Assembly: GCA_000708835.1 (NCBI GenBank)
Contig: DF237131.1
Coordinates: 26,882 to 90,881 of the forward strand
Direction of reading: 5' to 3'
Origin: Klebsormidium nitens
Taxonomy: Eukaryota; Plantae; Klebsormidiophyceae
DNA: 64,000 nucleotides
This document shows, in pieces, positions 22,337 through 35,561 of this stretch. The notes under the pieces are model-generated. The model saw only the letters and a list, made by a program, of their open reading frames with translations, had not been told where the DNA came from and searched no databases. How positions within the stretch are numbered: position 1 is the first letter of the stretch; each line of letters opens with the position of its first letter. A program made the translations under genes and the position numbers.

Positions 22337-25300
22337 CTAGCCCAGTCCAAAATGATATCGCCCCTGAAGCCTATCATTCACTCCGTACTCTAACCGGATC
22401 GGTCCAATCGGTGACATCACCCGAACGCCTCCGCCGAAACCGTACCCCTTGCCTGGCCGGCCTCGTACCCCGGCAGGATCCCCTGCATCAATCGACAGAA
22501 AACGATTTGAGAGGTGTTTCACAATCGAGATTGTAGAGATATCAATCAACGGAAAAGGTTTGGTCGGATGTTTTGCAAAAACGAAACTTGAGGAATCGGG
22601 AATGGTCACAGGGCTGCACATGTAGGACAGCACAGCAACCGCCCCTGACAGAAATGCACAGACGTGATCCATGTGCAACCGACCCGAGTAGCTTGCTCGA
22701 ACGCGTTTCCATACGTCTGCATTCACTCTCTGCATTTGAAAAACAATCAAAGACAGTTGTCCGTAAAGCTTCTGCAAAGAGGAGGAGGCTGAGCGCCAAC
22801 GTCAAGACTGCAAAGCGCGAGTGCAAACGACGTGCGTATTCCTTAAATGTCGCAAATCTGCTTACCTAGCACATGTTTTCCTGAGCCGAAGTCCGTGGCA
22901 GCGTCAACGAAAAGGACGCCCTCCAACAGGTTTGGCTTCTGCATGACAAGCGGGCCAGGAAGTGAGCATCAGAGACTTGATAATTGAAAACCCGAAGATA
23001 GTGTCAAATACTCAAATGCCGTTCTCCGTGAGGAGCAGTCTTCAACAACAACGAGCGCGAATCAAGCAACATACTGTGATCCATTAATCTGGGCACAGCG
23101 CTTTGAGCCTTGTCCAGGGTTTGCAGAAGGTTGGAAACCGTGGACCGGTAATTGGCAGTTTTGTCATGTGAGACAGCAGCAACGGCCTTCCCATTCCCTC
23201 AGAAACAACAAGCTTGGTCGAAGACGACTGTACCGTGCAAGATATGTTAAGAACACTGGGCAACGGCTTTTGTCTTCTGCAGGCTTCCTCGCGAACCAAA
23301 CTCAGAACCAGCAAAATCTGGTTCAAAAACGCTGGCAAGATATGCAAGATCCTTGAGCATAAGTAGGTCAGGCTTACAACGGGGATGATCGCTTCTAGGC
23401 TCCCCGACACGTGCGACTTGCTGGTCCCCAGTTCTCCGTCCTGCCAGCCCCGGACCGAGCCCGTCCCGCCCAGCTCAAAAGCGTCGTACGGCGCCAGATC
23501 GCCCACTACGGTACCCGCTTGCAGCCTGCACACATTCGAACGGCGACAGTGTCAAAATCTTTTACGTCAGCAGGTTTTACCGGACGGCCTGCACCAATCT
23601 GGGGCCGCCCAGCTCATATGAGACGTACGGCGCCAAATCCCTCAACACAGTCCCCGCTTGCAGCCTGACACCAGTCGAAAAGCGACACGTGTCGGAAGTT
23701 TTTATGTGCTCCGGTAACGTGTTATGGAGGGTTCGCTATTTTGCACCTAGCTTCTCGGAAGTTGCGATGGTAATTGGTTTGTATTGGGTGTCATTGTCAA
23801 CGGCACCTCGATTGAGAAAACTGGCAGTAAGACCAAGGCTTCTTACCAACAACACCCATAAAACGACTGTGGTCAGACGAGGGAGCCCCACCAGAGACCA
23901 AACTCAAAGAGCTGCCGCTTGCGGAATGCTGCAAGGTGATTTATTTCTAGAGGTCCTTCGAGCACGCACCTAGCCTGCAGCTCAAGGTAGTCGTTTACAA
24001 CGAGGCCCTTCTTCCAGTTGGCCGTCATCTCGTTGAAGCACAGCCAATTGGGCGCGATGGGAAGCCCCTGCTTCATGCTCAGAAACAACTGCAGACAAAC
24101 ACGAATGCCTATGGAATAATGGAAGCGATACGGGCCTTCTTAGGGCTTAACGGTTCAGTTTGTGATGAAAAGCTCTTCATTCGGGCGCGGCGCGCTTGTG
24201 AGTCTGATACCTCCCCTTCACTGGGCGATACGGCAGGTTGTCGTTCCTAGTTGACGAGTTTACAAACTTGAAAACCTCTCAATGTCCCTCCCGCAAAATT
24301 TGAGAATTTTCACAGTTCCAACAGTGCTTTATTCAGAGGGCCGTGATCGGACAGGGATTGAACGACTGTAGTGCTTTGCTGCAGACTTTGTTGCAAGATC
24401 GTTCTCTTACGAAGCTAGGATAAATCCCAAAATCTTCGCCACAACGCAACGGCCGCAGTTGCTCACCTGTGTGTTCCACGAGAGGTTACCATACACCACC
24501 AAGGCATCATCCCGCGGCTTTCCGCTGCACCACGGGAACGAGTATATCAGTGAAGAAATTGCCAACCAGCAATCGTGTCGTCCCAACCTGCTTCTTAGCT
24601 TCATCCGACGGCTTCTTCCGGTGTAAGGTCGAGAATGGCTGAAAAGCAGAGATCGGCTCCAGCCACTGCTTCTCGTGACTCTTCGCTTTCGAAAAAGGTT
24701 GCCTTGTCAAGACAACACAGCGGGTGGTCTTATGCCCAAAAGTTTGCCGACAGCTTGTCAAGGTTTCTAATTTTTTGTTTCCTAGGCCCTCATTTGCAGG
24801 CTCGACATTCTGGCGCACACGCGATGCATCCGCCCACACCGCATAGACTGAGCCTCGGTTCAGCTCTGGCGGATACATTGGTCGACACAAGGGTAAGTAC
24901 ATAGGATAAGAGCACTTTCATTTTTAAATGGAAAGAACGGAAGGTATACCTAAGTACGTAGATAGAGCACGTCAAGCTAAAATGAAAGAGAACGGGAGGA
25001 AGGTGCCTTGTGAAGCCACTTGCCTGAAGGTGAGCGGGCTGCCGTACATGTCCAACAGCTGCGTCTCCCCAAAGTCGTCCTTCAGGGTGGCGCTCTGCAT
25101 TGACACAATGCGGGCACGTCAGACCGGCTTCGGCCTTTGGGGCACACTTGGATTTAACAACGCGCGCACACTCGTGTCAGACAGACTCATCGTCCTGGGA
25201 AAGAGGTTGCCCACCTTGAAGACAACTTTTTGTGGCAACACATCACATCTGTCCTGCATCACACCTTAGTCCGAAGGCCTTGCCCGACCTCTATCTTTAG

Positions 25301-28300
25301 GGACAAGAAGCAAGATACGTTGCCAGCAACACGCAGGCAAAACACAGAAAATAAAAACTTCTCGCGCCACTACATCATTGCTGAGAGTCGGTGAACTAGA
25401 GTAACGGACTAGCGAAGTGGGGGCCTCTTCAAAGATCCTCAACAGGGTCTATCCCGTGAACTTTTTGAAAGGCGGATGATCCGACGCCGTCTGTATGAAT
25501 TCACCGCTAGCATTCAATCGGTTGAACCCTGCAAGTCAGACAGAGCCTTTCCAGAGATTGGATATTCTCTTCAGCGTACGGCACCTTCCAAGCTTTGCAT
25601 TGTTGATGAGCCGTTGGGTTCGTACGGAACGACCCCAGCCTCGCCCGTCTCTACAGGCTCACTGCCCCAACGGCATCGGCCCGTATCTTATGCACTCGGA
25701 AAACGCACCTGATACTGGATACCCGCCCGCCCCAACCACTCTGGCCGCAGCGGCCGCGAGTACTCAATGCACGCCAGCCGCTTGGCAATTGCGGGACTGC
25801 CCCCCGTCCGCCCCGGGTCGCCCGCCATGTCCTCCGGCTTGGGACAGTGTATGTGGTCCACCGTCTTCAGATTCTGGAACGACAGAGAAGGATGCTGACG
25901 TCAGCACGTCAAAGAGCCAAAGTCGAAGGGAGCGGCCGTTGCACGACAAAAACGTGGTCCACAGCTTCTTTTATCCTGCGTAGAAAAGCGGCACCGGCAG
26001 GTAAGGGGATCTGCAAACAAATGCACTTCGTCGTCGTCGTCAATGCCTTATCTTAGTGACATGGGGGATCGAGGCGGGGAGGAGATGCTGGCATGCCGGA
26101 GATCGCTGATGGGGCCAGAATGTGCGTCATTTGGTTCGACTTTGGGAAGGATGAATTACAAAGGAAACTTTTCCTTCAGGCAGCGTTGCGTCAAAGAGCT
26201 CCCTCAAAAACCTTCAAACCAATAAGCTCGTCTGTCTTCTAAAATGGAGCTTCAAATTCGTCAATTGCTGACTGTTCGCTCCAGTCAGGATAATCCGAAT
26301 GACTTACAGAATACTCACTGATTGTGAACAGAGGTCTGTCAGTCAGTGGATTAACCTGAAATGTGCATCGCTTTGCGTTATTGGCATGGCCCAAAGGTGC
26401 TCTTTGCGGACTGGTAAAGAAGGGCCCAGCCAAGAAACGGTCAATCTGGAACACGAAACGCTCACACACCCGTATTTGTATCCTGCGCCCCGTGCGCTTG
26501 TTGTCACCGTCGAGCCAGGGGTCCAGGTAGTCGAGTTCGCACTTAAAGATGCCCGCGCCCTTCTCGCCCTCTAGCCGCAACCGCTTGCCCTCGCCGAACA
26601 GGTTGGAGTGGGACCACGCCGAAGAGAAGGAAAGGCCCGACAGAAAGTCGCCGCTGTAGAAGAAAAGCTAGCAGGTTTCAGCTCAAAGTGGAATAAGAAG
26701 CGTGGGGGTAGAGTCGGGTAGGGGCCAGCATCCGATACAAACGTAGAAGAGCGGAAGGTCCGTCAAAATAATGGAGACAAGGAGAGGCGCGATGGTAGGT
26801 CGCTGGTACGAAAAAAACGGGGGATGTGAGAAAAACAAGTTGCGAGGAGGTTGTCAAAGGCAATGCGGTGAGAGCAGAACGTCCGCGTGAGTCCAGACCG
26901 CCAAGAAGGAGAGATTCGACAGAAAGTCGCCGCCATGGAAAAACAAGAACGTTCAGAGCACAACAAGGGATTGGGTAAAGCGGGAGAGACGAAACCAGAA
27001 TTTGGGTGGATTCACATTGGGGGCCAAGACGAATAGGGGGCTAAAGGGAATGGGGCGCCTAGAAGCGGAAAAGTGGCTAAAATTGGAAGAGAAAACCGAT
27101 GGAGGGCGCGTTGCTGGTCGAGAGTGGTCATCTGGTCGGGCGAGGGGAGAGCGAGTCTCCCGAAGGAAAAGGTGTTTCGTGAGGAAAGACGCCACTTCGT
27201 TGTATCGCCGGTAGATTTTAAGAAGGTTCCTTGGGTCCTTAAAGAATTCGTGTTAGCGTGTAGGTTAGAAGCAAACGATCCAGTAGATACACGTTGCCCA
27301 TTATGTTGTCCACGTCGCCGATGTCGAAGTCGAAGGGACCTGCAACGGGACGCAGCACTGCTCGAAAAATCACACACTAGGCGGTTGTCAGGACGGGACA
27401 TTCGCATGGGTCAAGCAGCCACACATGACTCCGGCTCGAAGATGAACGACAAAGCGAGACAGATCAAACGGAAGGTGCGTTTCTTTCTCGACCAATGATG
27501 CAGACAATTAAGACAATAAAGAGACCCCGAACGTCCAAAGTAGATAGAGTGCCGGATCGTAAAAGGCGTGAGCTTCCGCCAGACGCGTCGCAAGAGATGT
27601 TTTTTCAGAGCGCCTCGACCTTCTCTGTCGCAGTCGAGGCAGAAGCTATAGCTATACACCATTTTCGACCTTATCATCGCTATTTCGTCTCATCTAAAGG
27701 TCTGTCCCCCTCACAGTGTTGTCGGGCGTTTACATATGTCCCACCCACGATTGCAGGATGCTGGATGACAAAAGTATATTCACTCTCTCCTTTCCCAGCG
27801 TCAGCACGGAACAAAGTCAGCTCCGCAGACGGACATCAACGCAACACGCCACCGCATAAGTCGATCATCACAACAAGCAACCCCCAAGCAGGCCACCCCC
27901 CAACCCGAGCCGGCACTCACTGATTCAGGACGCTGAGCGAGACCCCCCCGGAAAAGTTGTTGAGCACGCTGAACGGCTTGCTCGCGGCCGCTTTCTCCAC
28001 GAGATACACGGTCGCTTCCTGCGCCACGCGGGCTGCACAAACCGGGGGGGGAAAAGAGGCGGGCTTCAAAACACTACGGCAGGGAGTGACACGTACCCCG
28101 CCCCGTTGAGCCCCCCCGCCACCTGTACCGAGCCCCGGTTGTTCTTGCCGTTGTAGCGCTCGCGCAGCGCCAGCTGGTACCCCCCCGGGATGCCCTCGCC
28201 CTCCCAAGGGAACACCGCATCAGGCTCGCCATTCTCTGTGTGGAGCAACCGGGGGGGGGCCGGGGTCAGCCCGGGGGGGGGTGGGACGGGACTTAACCTA

Positions 28301-31300
28301 CTTTCTGCAAAAGCCTGTTTTGTTTCTGCAGAAGGAGCTTGGTACATGAAACGTGACCCGCGGACGCTAAATTCGTCTATAGGGAAAGTGGAGGCGTGTG
28401 GATGCCATGGATGTATCTCCGCCCACAACTCAAACCGGACTTGTTTTAATGCGGTGCTACATGTAAGGCCAAATGGAAGTTTTCCACAATCACGAATCCC
28501 GACAATTTAAGCCCAGTCTGCGTGTCGGTCTGACCATAACAACCTAGTCATAACATTGACAACGAACTCCGTCAGAATGAAAATAGTCACTCGTCCTTGA
28601 ACCGGACTTCGAGCCCCCAGAGCTGCCATCGAACCGGCTTCTTCATTCCCTTCACGACCCGATTGCTCTGCTTCTTACGTTTGTCTCCGAAAGAAGAACA
28701 AGTCAAATGAGCAATCAGTCATGAGCCGACACGTGGCACTCACCCCCGTCGAAGACCTCGGTCGGGATGATGTTGACGTCCGCAAAGATGCCCATGGAGT
28801 GCAGCAGCTGCTTGTTCTCGCGCAGGGTCTCCCCGTTCATCAGCTGGCCCTCCTTCAGGATCAGGTTGCGCTTGATCGTCGACATTTTCGTGTAGCCCCC
28901 CACCTTGTCGGGGCTGCAATTTAAAAAAGGGGAAAAAAAAAACTGTTGGAATTCCTAACCGGGGAGTACGTTGACTAGGTTCAAAGAATGTGTGTGCTGC
29001 ATGCGAGGTGAGGATCTCCGAGAATCTCGTCTGAGAACGGCGTTGCCACACCTCAGTGTAGCCCCTCTGGACTGCGGGGTGAGAAATCCCTCTACAATGA
29101 TTGTGGCCTAAGGTACGTCAACCACGATAAAATATGTTTCCTGTCCCGTGCAGTAAAGAGATGTACGCAAGGTTTCATTACTTGATAGGATACAACGATT
29201 TCCACCCCCTTTTTGGGCTTCCTCTTGCCGGGATGGAGAACGAAGAAGTCACTGCTTCCTTAATTAGTCCTCAAGTATGCTCGCTTTCACTTAAAGTTTC
29301 CAGATAGAGGAGAGTCTCGTGTCCTCTGTGACCTCCACCTTATCCGCGTTGCAGTGCGCAGACATCAGCAATTCGCTCTTACGACTACTTCGATCCTCCA
29401 GAATCAACAAGTAAGGCCGGCCGCTTACATCTTGAATCAAGCCCCGACTGTGTCAGGGGTCTTGGAGGAACACAAAAGCAGATTCTCCTTGACTGATTGG
29501 ACGATCGACAGGTGCGATCAAATCCAAACTGCACTTGGGAGCAAATGGCGAACCGACTGCGCTCGGGTCAAATCAGACTATCCATGTTTGAACAAATCTT
29601 CTTCACGTACAGTGGAATAGAGTGGCATTCATCACAAAACACAGATACTGAGACAAACGGAAAAATCCAAACGGAACGCATTTGAGTGTACTTACTTGTC
29701 TCCACTCTGCACCTTGACGTCGATCCGCCGCAGCCTGGGCTCATGCGCCGTCAGTGTGAGCGTGCCGTCCGGGTCTAAAGTCTCGGGCTTGACAGCCGCA
29801 AAGAACTTCTTGTCAATGTACCACGTCTTGAAGCGGTCGATGACCTCATACAGCTCGTTCATGTTCAGGACCTTATCTACAGGAGAAGAGGAGTGAGATG
29901 TCAGCATACTGTCTCCAGAAACCGAGTGTGACATCAGCGTTTTTCATAGAGAATGACCTGCAGCTTTGAGAAACCGTAGGCAAAGAGGAGTGTAACATCA
30001 GCGTACTTTCTTAAGAGATGACCAGGAACTGTGAGAAGCCGTCAAGAGGTTTGAAAAGAAAATGAGAAGCCACCGGCAGATCTCTGGTGAGGATGATCAG
30101 CATTTTGGAAGAGGAATGAGACTACTTTGCAAAGCAGAAAGCACTCCCACAGGCCAGAAGTTTATGTGTTCTGCGTTCCAACGTTAGTTGCAGTAAGCAT
30201 TGCAATGGAGGAGGACACTGAGAATCAAGGACTCACTTATGAGGGGCTTTGTCTCTTTCTGTATCAGGCTTGTTGGCAGGACGTCGGAACCTTTGACCAC
30301 CACCTTCCTCACAACCGGATGAGGCGCAATCTGCGGAGCAGAAGGACATATGGTTAGATTGCACCACTTCTCAAGACTTGGTCCTTTGCATTGTCAGCAG
30401 TTGGCAGCAGGTACTGTTGTTCAACAAAGTTTCCATTCAAATGAAAAACATAATCCGCGATGCTTGGCGAAGGTTGATCGGCCTCGTTTCAGACAAGGCT
30501 GGCTCAGCGCCGGCTTCCTGAATCTATGAAAGCCCTTTGACTCTCAGAAGCTCGTTTCTTCATTGGGGTTAACGAGTCTCACGCGTTCTGACTTCAAGGC
30601 CATCGTCGCATCTTTCGACGTCAATCTTGGTCAAACTCCAATGTTCTGAGCAAAACGTTCTCTTTCAGTATAAGCAACTGAAATGTCGAAGTGCATTAAC
30701 TCTCTTCAATGCAAGAGTTGTCTGTCCTTCTAATGAAAAATCAACTTGGAGAGGGCTGCTGCCGTCCGCAGAACCAGTGCGGACTATGGACATGATTAAT
30801 TGTTTTCTAATTGGTGGTGGGAGCAGGCAACTTACATGCAACTGGAGCACAACGCCGTCCCTGGTATCCTTGGTATAGGGCACCACGTTCTCAAACACGC
30901 CGAGGCGCCCCAGCCGGTCAATGTCCTCATGAACCTCCTTCACGTTGAATGCAAAGCCCGGCCGGTTTGATATCTTCATCGTCTTTTGGATGAGCGACTT
31001 GAGCTCCGGGTGGTCCATTTCTAGATCATTCCCCTCGGAGTCCAAAATCTGCACTTCGTGGATCAGGAACCGGCCTTCCCGCCCTCTCTTCTGCTGCTCG
31101 CTCGTCCACTCAGGCTTCTCCACGGCACCACTCTCATCGAGATTCTCTCTCAGCCCCGAAAGGCCTGGTTCTTTGGGAGTCTGGCCAGCCCCTTTACTGA
31201 CGACCCCAGCAGCCGCCCCGCCAATTCCGGCTTCCGTCCCCAGTGCACCGCTTATCGACGCAAAGTTTGCATGTCTCCCATACCGAGTCCGTCGCTGCTC

Positions 31301-31534
31301 CGACTCTAAACAATGCTGGACTTTGGACCACGTCCGAGAGGCGCTACTTATCACATCCTCGACGAGCTTGGCGTGCAATGGTACTTTTCTGCGCTCCTCC
31401 ACTTTGCGGTGCTGGTGCCGTTCAGAAGGCCGACTGAGGTGCATCACTCGGCTCAGGGCTTCCATTAGGTCCGCACTGTTTTGTTCTCTTTCAAGAATGT
31501 TTTCCCCGCCCTCCCTTTGAAACTGACCAGCCAT
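22337..31534 (-). CDS. OEP80: Plastid outer-envelope Omp85 beta-barrel protein, OEP80/Toc75-V-like (exons 31534-30836, 30330-30237, 29876-29696, 28913-28744, [A 28235-28097 OR B 28032-27921], 26653-26470, 25873-25709, 25094-25024, 24524-24467, 24088-23970, 23525-23378, 22938-22866, 22482-22337)
   Basis: Three POTRA-like segments (..[26 protein letters not shown]; [12 protein letters not shown]; ..[11 protein letters not shown]). Barrel motifs [52 protein letters not shown] and [38 protein letters not shown]. All phases are consistent if exactly one of exons A/B is used. One GC donor at 25023. Further upstream exons cannot be excluded. Confidence 0.9.
27921..28032 (-). CDS. OEP80-like alternative exon B (112 nt, phase 1 to 2)
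   Basis: tttgtgcag| acceptor and CA|gtgagt donor; encodes [37 protein letters not shown] with strongly G/C-ending codons in this frame. Confidence 0.7.
28097..28235 (-). CDS. OEP80-like alternative exon A (139 nt, phase 1 to 2)
   Basis: ctccacacag| acceptor and GG|gtacgt donor; encodes [47 protein letters not shown]. Confidence 0.75.
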
Positions 31535-32859
31535 TTTGCCTAGTGGACTGGTCGTTTTACCTACTCTGTCAATCCTGAGCTCGACGTCGGCTGCGCCTAT
31601 TTCAGTCCTAGTGAATTACAACACAGAGTATTCCCCTTGCATGTCCTGCAGAACTGCCTGAAATGCAATGCTGCCGCCCGGATGGCTTTCCAGTTTTGTG
31701 AGCACTGTGAAGACGCTTAACAAGCAATCACATGAGCAGGAGAACTTCCTGGCATTGGTTCCATTTTCGCGACTCGAAAGTGGTGAGGTACCGTACCTCA
31801 TCCTGCTGCAAGCGGGTATGCGGTACCCACCCTTCAGGCCACGTGATAATGCCGGGTGGGTACCATAGCCTTAACTCAAGTAAAGAACGGTATGTACCTG
31901 TCCGACCTGGCGCTGCAGATGGGGTCTGAATTTGCATGCCCGGGCTAGAAATTAGGGTTCTCAAGCACTCCAATTTTGAAATAAAATTGTACCTTGGAGC
32001 TCAAGGAAAATTGATGGCTACCGCTGTCAGGCGCACCATTGCGTACTCATCGTTGAGAATCGGAGCAGAACACTTTGGCTTGAGACAGATCAGGAGGTGA
32101 GCATAAGCTTGGTTTTCAGAGCTTGGATTTGTTTGATCGAGCACGGTGTGGTGCGCAAGATCGCACTTTCTATTTCCTCATCAAGGTTGCGAAAAGAAGA
32201 TTTGTTTCTAATTTGAAAATGGTTCTGGATCGTCTTTTCAGGGCAGGCAGTGGGCCTACTGTGGTGGTACGCCGCACATGATTGTTGGCTTGCTTGATGT
32301 TGATCTTTCAAAAGCCCGTGCTGATCAAGGCATGGGCCTGTGGGGCCATATTTGACGCCGCATCTAAGAGCATTACATCCTTCTAGGGCCCGACATGTAG
32401 CAATTTAGTCACCAGCAGGCGCAATCCTGATTGTTAACGCACTGTTTCAAGGTGTCAAACTTTCTGGACACCCTCCTTTTGATCAGTTATGTCTGCTTTT
32501 TGGCAGCGCTGGAATACGATTAAGGTGGTGGTAGTGCTTTTTTAAGACATCACGATATGGTTTTGTTTGGCGATTATCGTCCGTAATAGCTTGGAAGACG
32601 CTTTTCATCCGTGCTCAGGCAAAGCGTTTTCGTAGTCATATTAAGGGGCCAGAGTTAAGCCGTGTAAAAGTCTCAAATAGGGAACAGCTAAAAGGAACAG
32701 CAATCTTGAAAACTTATAAGCTTTCTCAGTAGAATCTTTCACAAACGCAGATCCCAAAGAATTGAGAGACGTCAGCTCCAGTGAGTCTTCATTGACAAAG
32801 GCTGGTTTCCTTGCAGAATCATTCTACACAAGAGCATTTTGGTGCGTCCATTTTCTGCA

Positions 32860-35561
32860 ATGACCCCGAACGCAGTCAAGCCGGAGGGGTCAGCGGCACA
32901 GGTTGATGGAGGAGTGGCGCTAGCAAATGGTGTCGCGGCCCGAGTTGCAAACGGAGCACCATATGCAGGCGCCAATACGGTAGGTCAAGTCAGATGTACC
33001 AAGCAGAACAAGATGTTGCAACCCAATCTTTATCATAGTCATGACCTGGATTGTTGCTTTGTTCTAGTTTTGACAAAGCCCGCACCTTTCCGGGGTTGCT
33101 TCACTAAGAGGCAAGTTGACTGAAAGCCATCTCTGCAAAACCGTTCTTTGATTGTAGTACTCTGTGAACAACCAATGCTTTCTGCTCTTTCCACTTTGGT
33201 TGAAGAGTTTGAACCTACACAGATCCCAACTTAGGCAAGGGCCCACTGGCTTGGATCCAGGAGGAGGCCGGCAAAATTCACTTTGTTCTTCTGGCTGTAG
33301 TGCTGACTCGAGTTGCACATCAAGCCCGTGACTTTCTTGCCCATACCCCTTCACTTTGACAATTGCCAGTTGGAGGTATCAACTTTTGATCCTATCGCTC
33401 GTTCTTTTCTCGTGCTATGCTGGAAAGAAGATCGCAGGCTCTGGTCGATTCCGGAAAGACGAGTCTGTCCAAGATAAACCATTGGGAAGCAAGGTTGGGC
33501 TGTGCTGGCATACCGTGCATCTTAGATCAACTGCCTAGTTTCTGCAGTAGCTTGGCTGACTTCGGGGCCCAAGTGACAGAACAGAAAGAGGGAGAACGTG
33601 GACTCCCGAGCCGCTATGAGAGACCCCTCCTCGCTTTTGCCCCCCAGAATTGACGGTCTGGGTTGGTGGAATCCAATATATATGGACGTCGATCAAAGGG
33701 GTTTAAAAACAAAGAATGGAACTGAAGGGGTCAGGGGCCCCTGGGGAGTCTGCCAGAAGTCCCCGTTCTCCATCCTTGCGTTCTGACAGATCCTCCTTAC
33801 AGCAGACCTACCCACAAGCACGGACTCTGCAAAATGGACTGAAGAGCAATCTCAGGATAACATTGACCTGAGTGTTCTCTGTGCAGTTGGTTCCAGAGGC
33901 CGCGTACAAAGTGTTTCGGCTGGCTGAGGAGGAGAGCGCCTCTGACTGGGTTAAGGACTTGGAGTTGGATGGAGCCAAGGGGTTCCAGCCAACCGGCCAG
34001 CTCATCACGACACCCCCAAAGATCCTCGTCCTGTATGGGTCCCTCCGAGAACGATCGTACTCGCGCCTCCTCGCGTATGAGTTTGCCCGAATCCTCGACT
34101 TGCTAGGTGAGCGGCCACCGTTGGTTAGTTCTCTGTTGATGTAGTCAAATTTCCAGGCAGAAAAAGATGGCTCGTCTCATGTTCGGGTGTCATCTTTGCA
34201 AACCCGGTCCGACTTCTGCTGTTTGAAAGCTTTGCTGTGCTTTCTCTGACCACTTTGTTACCTTCTAATACCATTCTCTTGAAAGGTTCCAAGAGTACGT
34301 TCTCTTTATTTGCAATGCAATGCAGACATTCTCTGTGACAATCGTTATGTTCTCTGCGGTTCGGGCGGGCACAAGCGAAACGTTTCTGAGACAAGTTCCC
34401 GAGGTCCCCTCACCGTTCCCACAAGAACCAAAAACCTTTTGCCGCAAGAGTTTCCGGCATTGCTCCACTTTCCCTCCTTTAAAGGTTACAAAACCTTTCT
34501 CCTAATTCCAGGCTGCGATGTCCGTGTGTTCGACCCCCGAGGCCTCCCCATGAAGGACGAAGTTTCGGACGCTCACCCCAAAGTGTTGGAGATCCGGGAG
34601 CTGTCCGTCTGGTCCGAAGGCCATGTCTGGGTTTGCCCGGAGCAGCACGGCACCATCACTGCCGTCTTCAAAAACCAGATTGACTGGATACCGCTCAACC
34701 TGGGCTCCGTGCGCCCCACGCAGGGACGCACGCTTTGCATCGCCCAGGTATGGTTCGGCTTGGTTGGTGTTTCAGCTCTCTGTGCTTTCCTTGGCTACTC
34801 AGGCAGTGTCGTTTCGTGAGTTGCTTATTTAGAGGTTGTTTCCGCGGACCAAAGATGACGGATTGACTGAGGGGCTCGTGCAAAGGTCATTCTCTGGTTG
34901 CTTCATTGGGAACTTCGAAGACGGGAGACTCGGTTGAGCCCTGGGGCGATCAGCGGTAATCTTACCAGCTATCTTAATAGACTCTTCACTGGCCAGCCGA
35001 TCGTGGAAGGAACCCCTACTGCGTAGTACCCGGTATCAGGGGAGGGGAGCTTGTTTTTCGTACCCATCTACAACGCTCTCGATTGGTATCTCGTGAACCT
35101 TTTCCAAATGCTGAGACCGTATGTCTGTTTTGGATCTAGTGTCAAGCTTCAGTTGGTACAGATTTAGGCGCCAAGTCCGTAATGAGCTCAAAATAATGAG
35201 TTGTCTCGTCCCCATTTTTCAGGTGAACGGGGGCTCCCAAAGTTTCAACGTCGTTAATACCCTCCGGGTGCTAGGCCGGTGGATGCGCATGATAGTCGTC
35301 CCCAATCAGTCGTCGGTTCCCAAGGCGTGGACGGAGTTCGACGAGCGGGGCCGTATGAAAGCTAGCGGCTTGCGGGATCGAGTTGTCGACGTCGCAGAAG
35401 AGTTCCATAAGTTTACGCTGTTGACAAGGGAACATGCAGCCTTTCTGGTCGATAGGTACAGCGAACGGAAGGAAAAGCGGGAGAAAGGGCGCCTCTTATC
35501 TCAAGCGGAGAAAGAGGCGGCCAAAGAGAAGCAGCCCGTCGCCACAAGCACGTCAAAATAG
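32860..35561 (+). CDS. arsH: ArsH-family NADPH-dependent FMN reductase / organoarsenical oxidase (core exons 33887-34106, 34512-34747, 35223-35561; first exon from 32860, 5' structure uncertain)
   Basis: ArsH motifs [101 protein letters not shown] and [28 protein letters not shown]...DRYSER. Canonical splice sites with consistent phases. Confidence 0.92.

Noticed and set aside
26296-26335. Candidate extra OEP80 exon ([12 protein letters not shown], cag…|gtgagt)
   Set aside because: It is phase 0 to 1, while the flanking exons join in phase 0 and already give a continuous OEP80-like sequence.
33068-33476. Possible small arsH 5' exons (33068-33110 with a GC donor; ~33440-33493)
   Set aside because: Phases cannot be resolved uniquely from sequence alone, so the 5' structure is left as uncertain.
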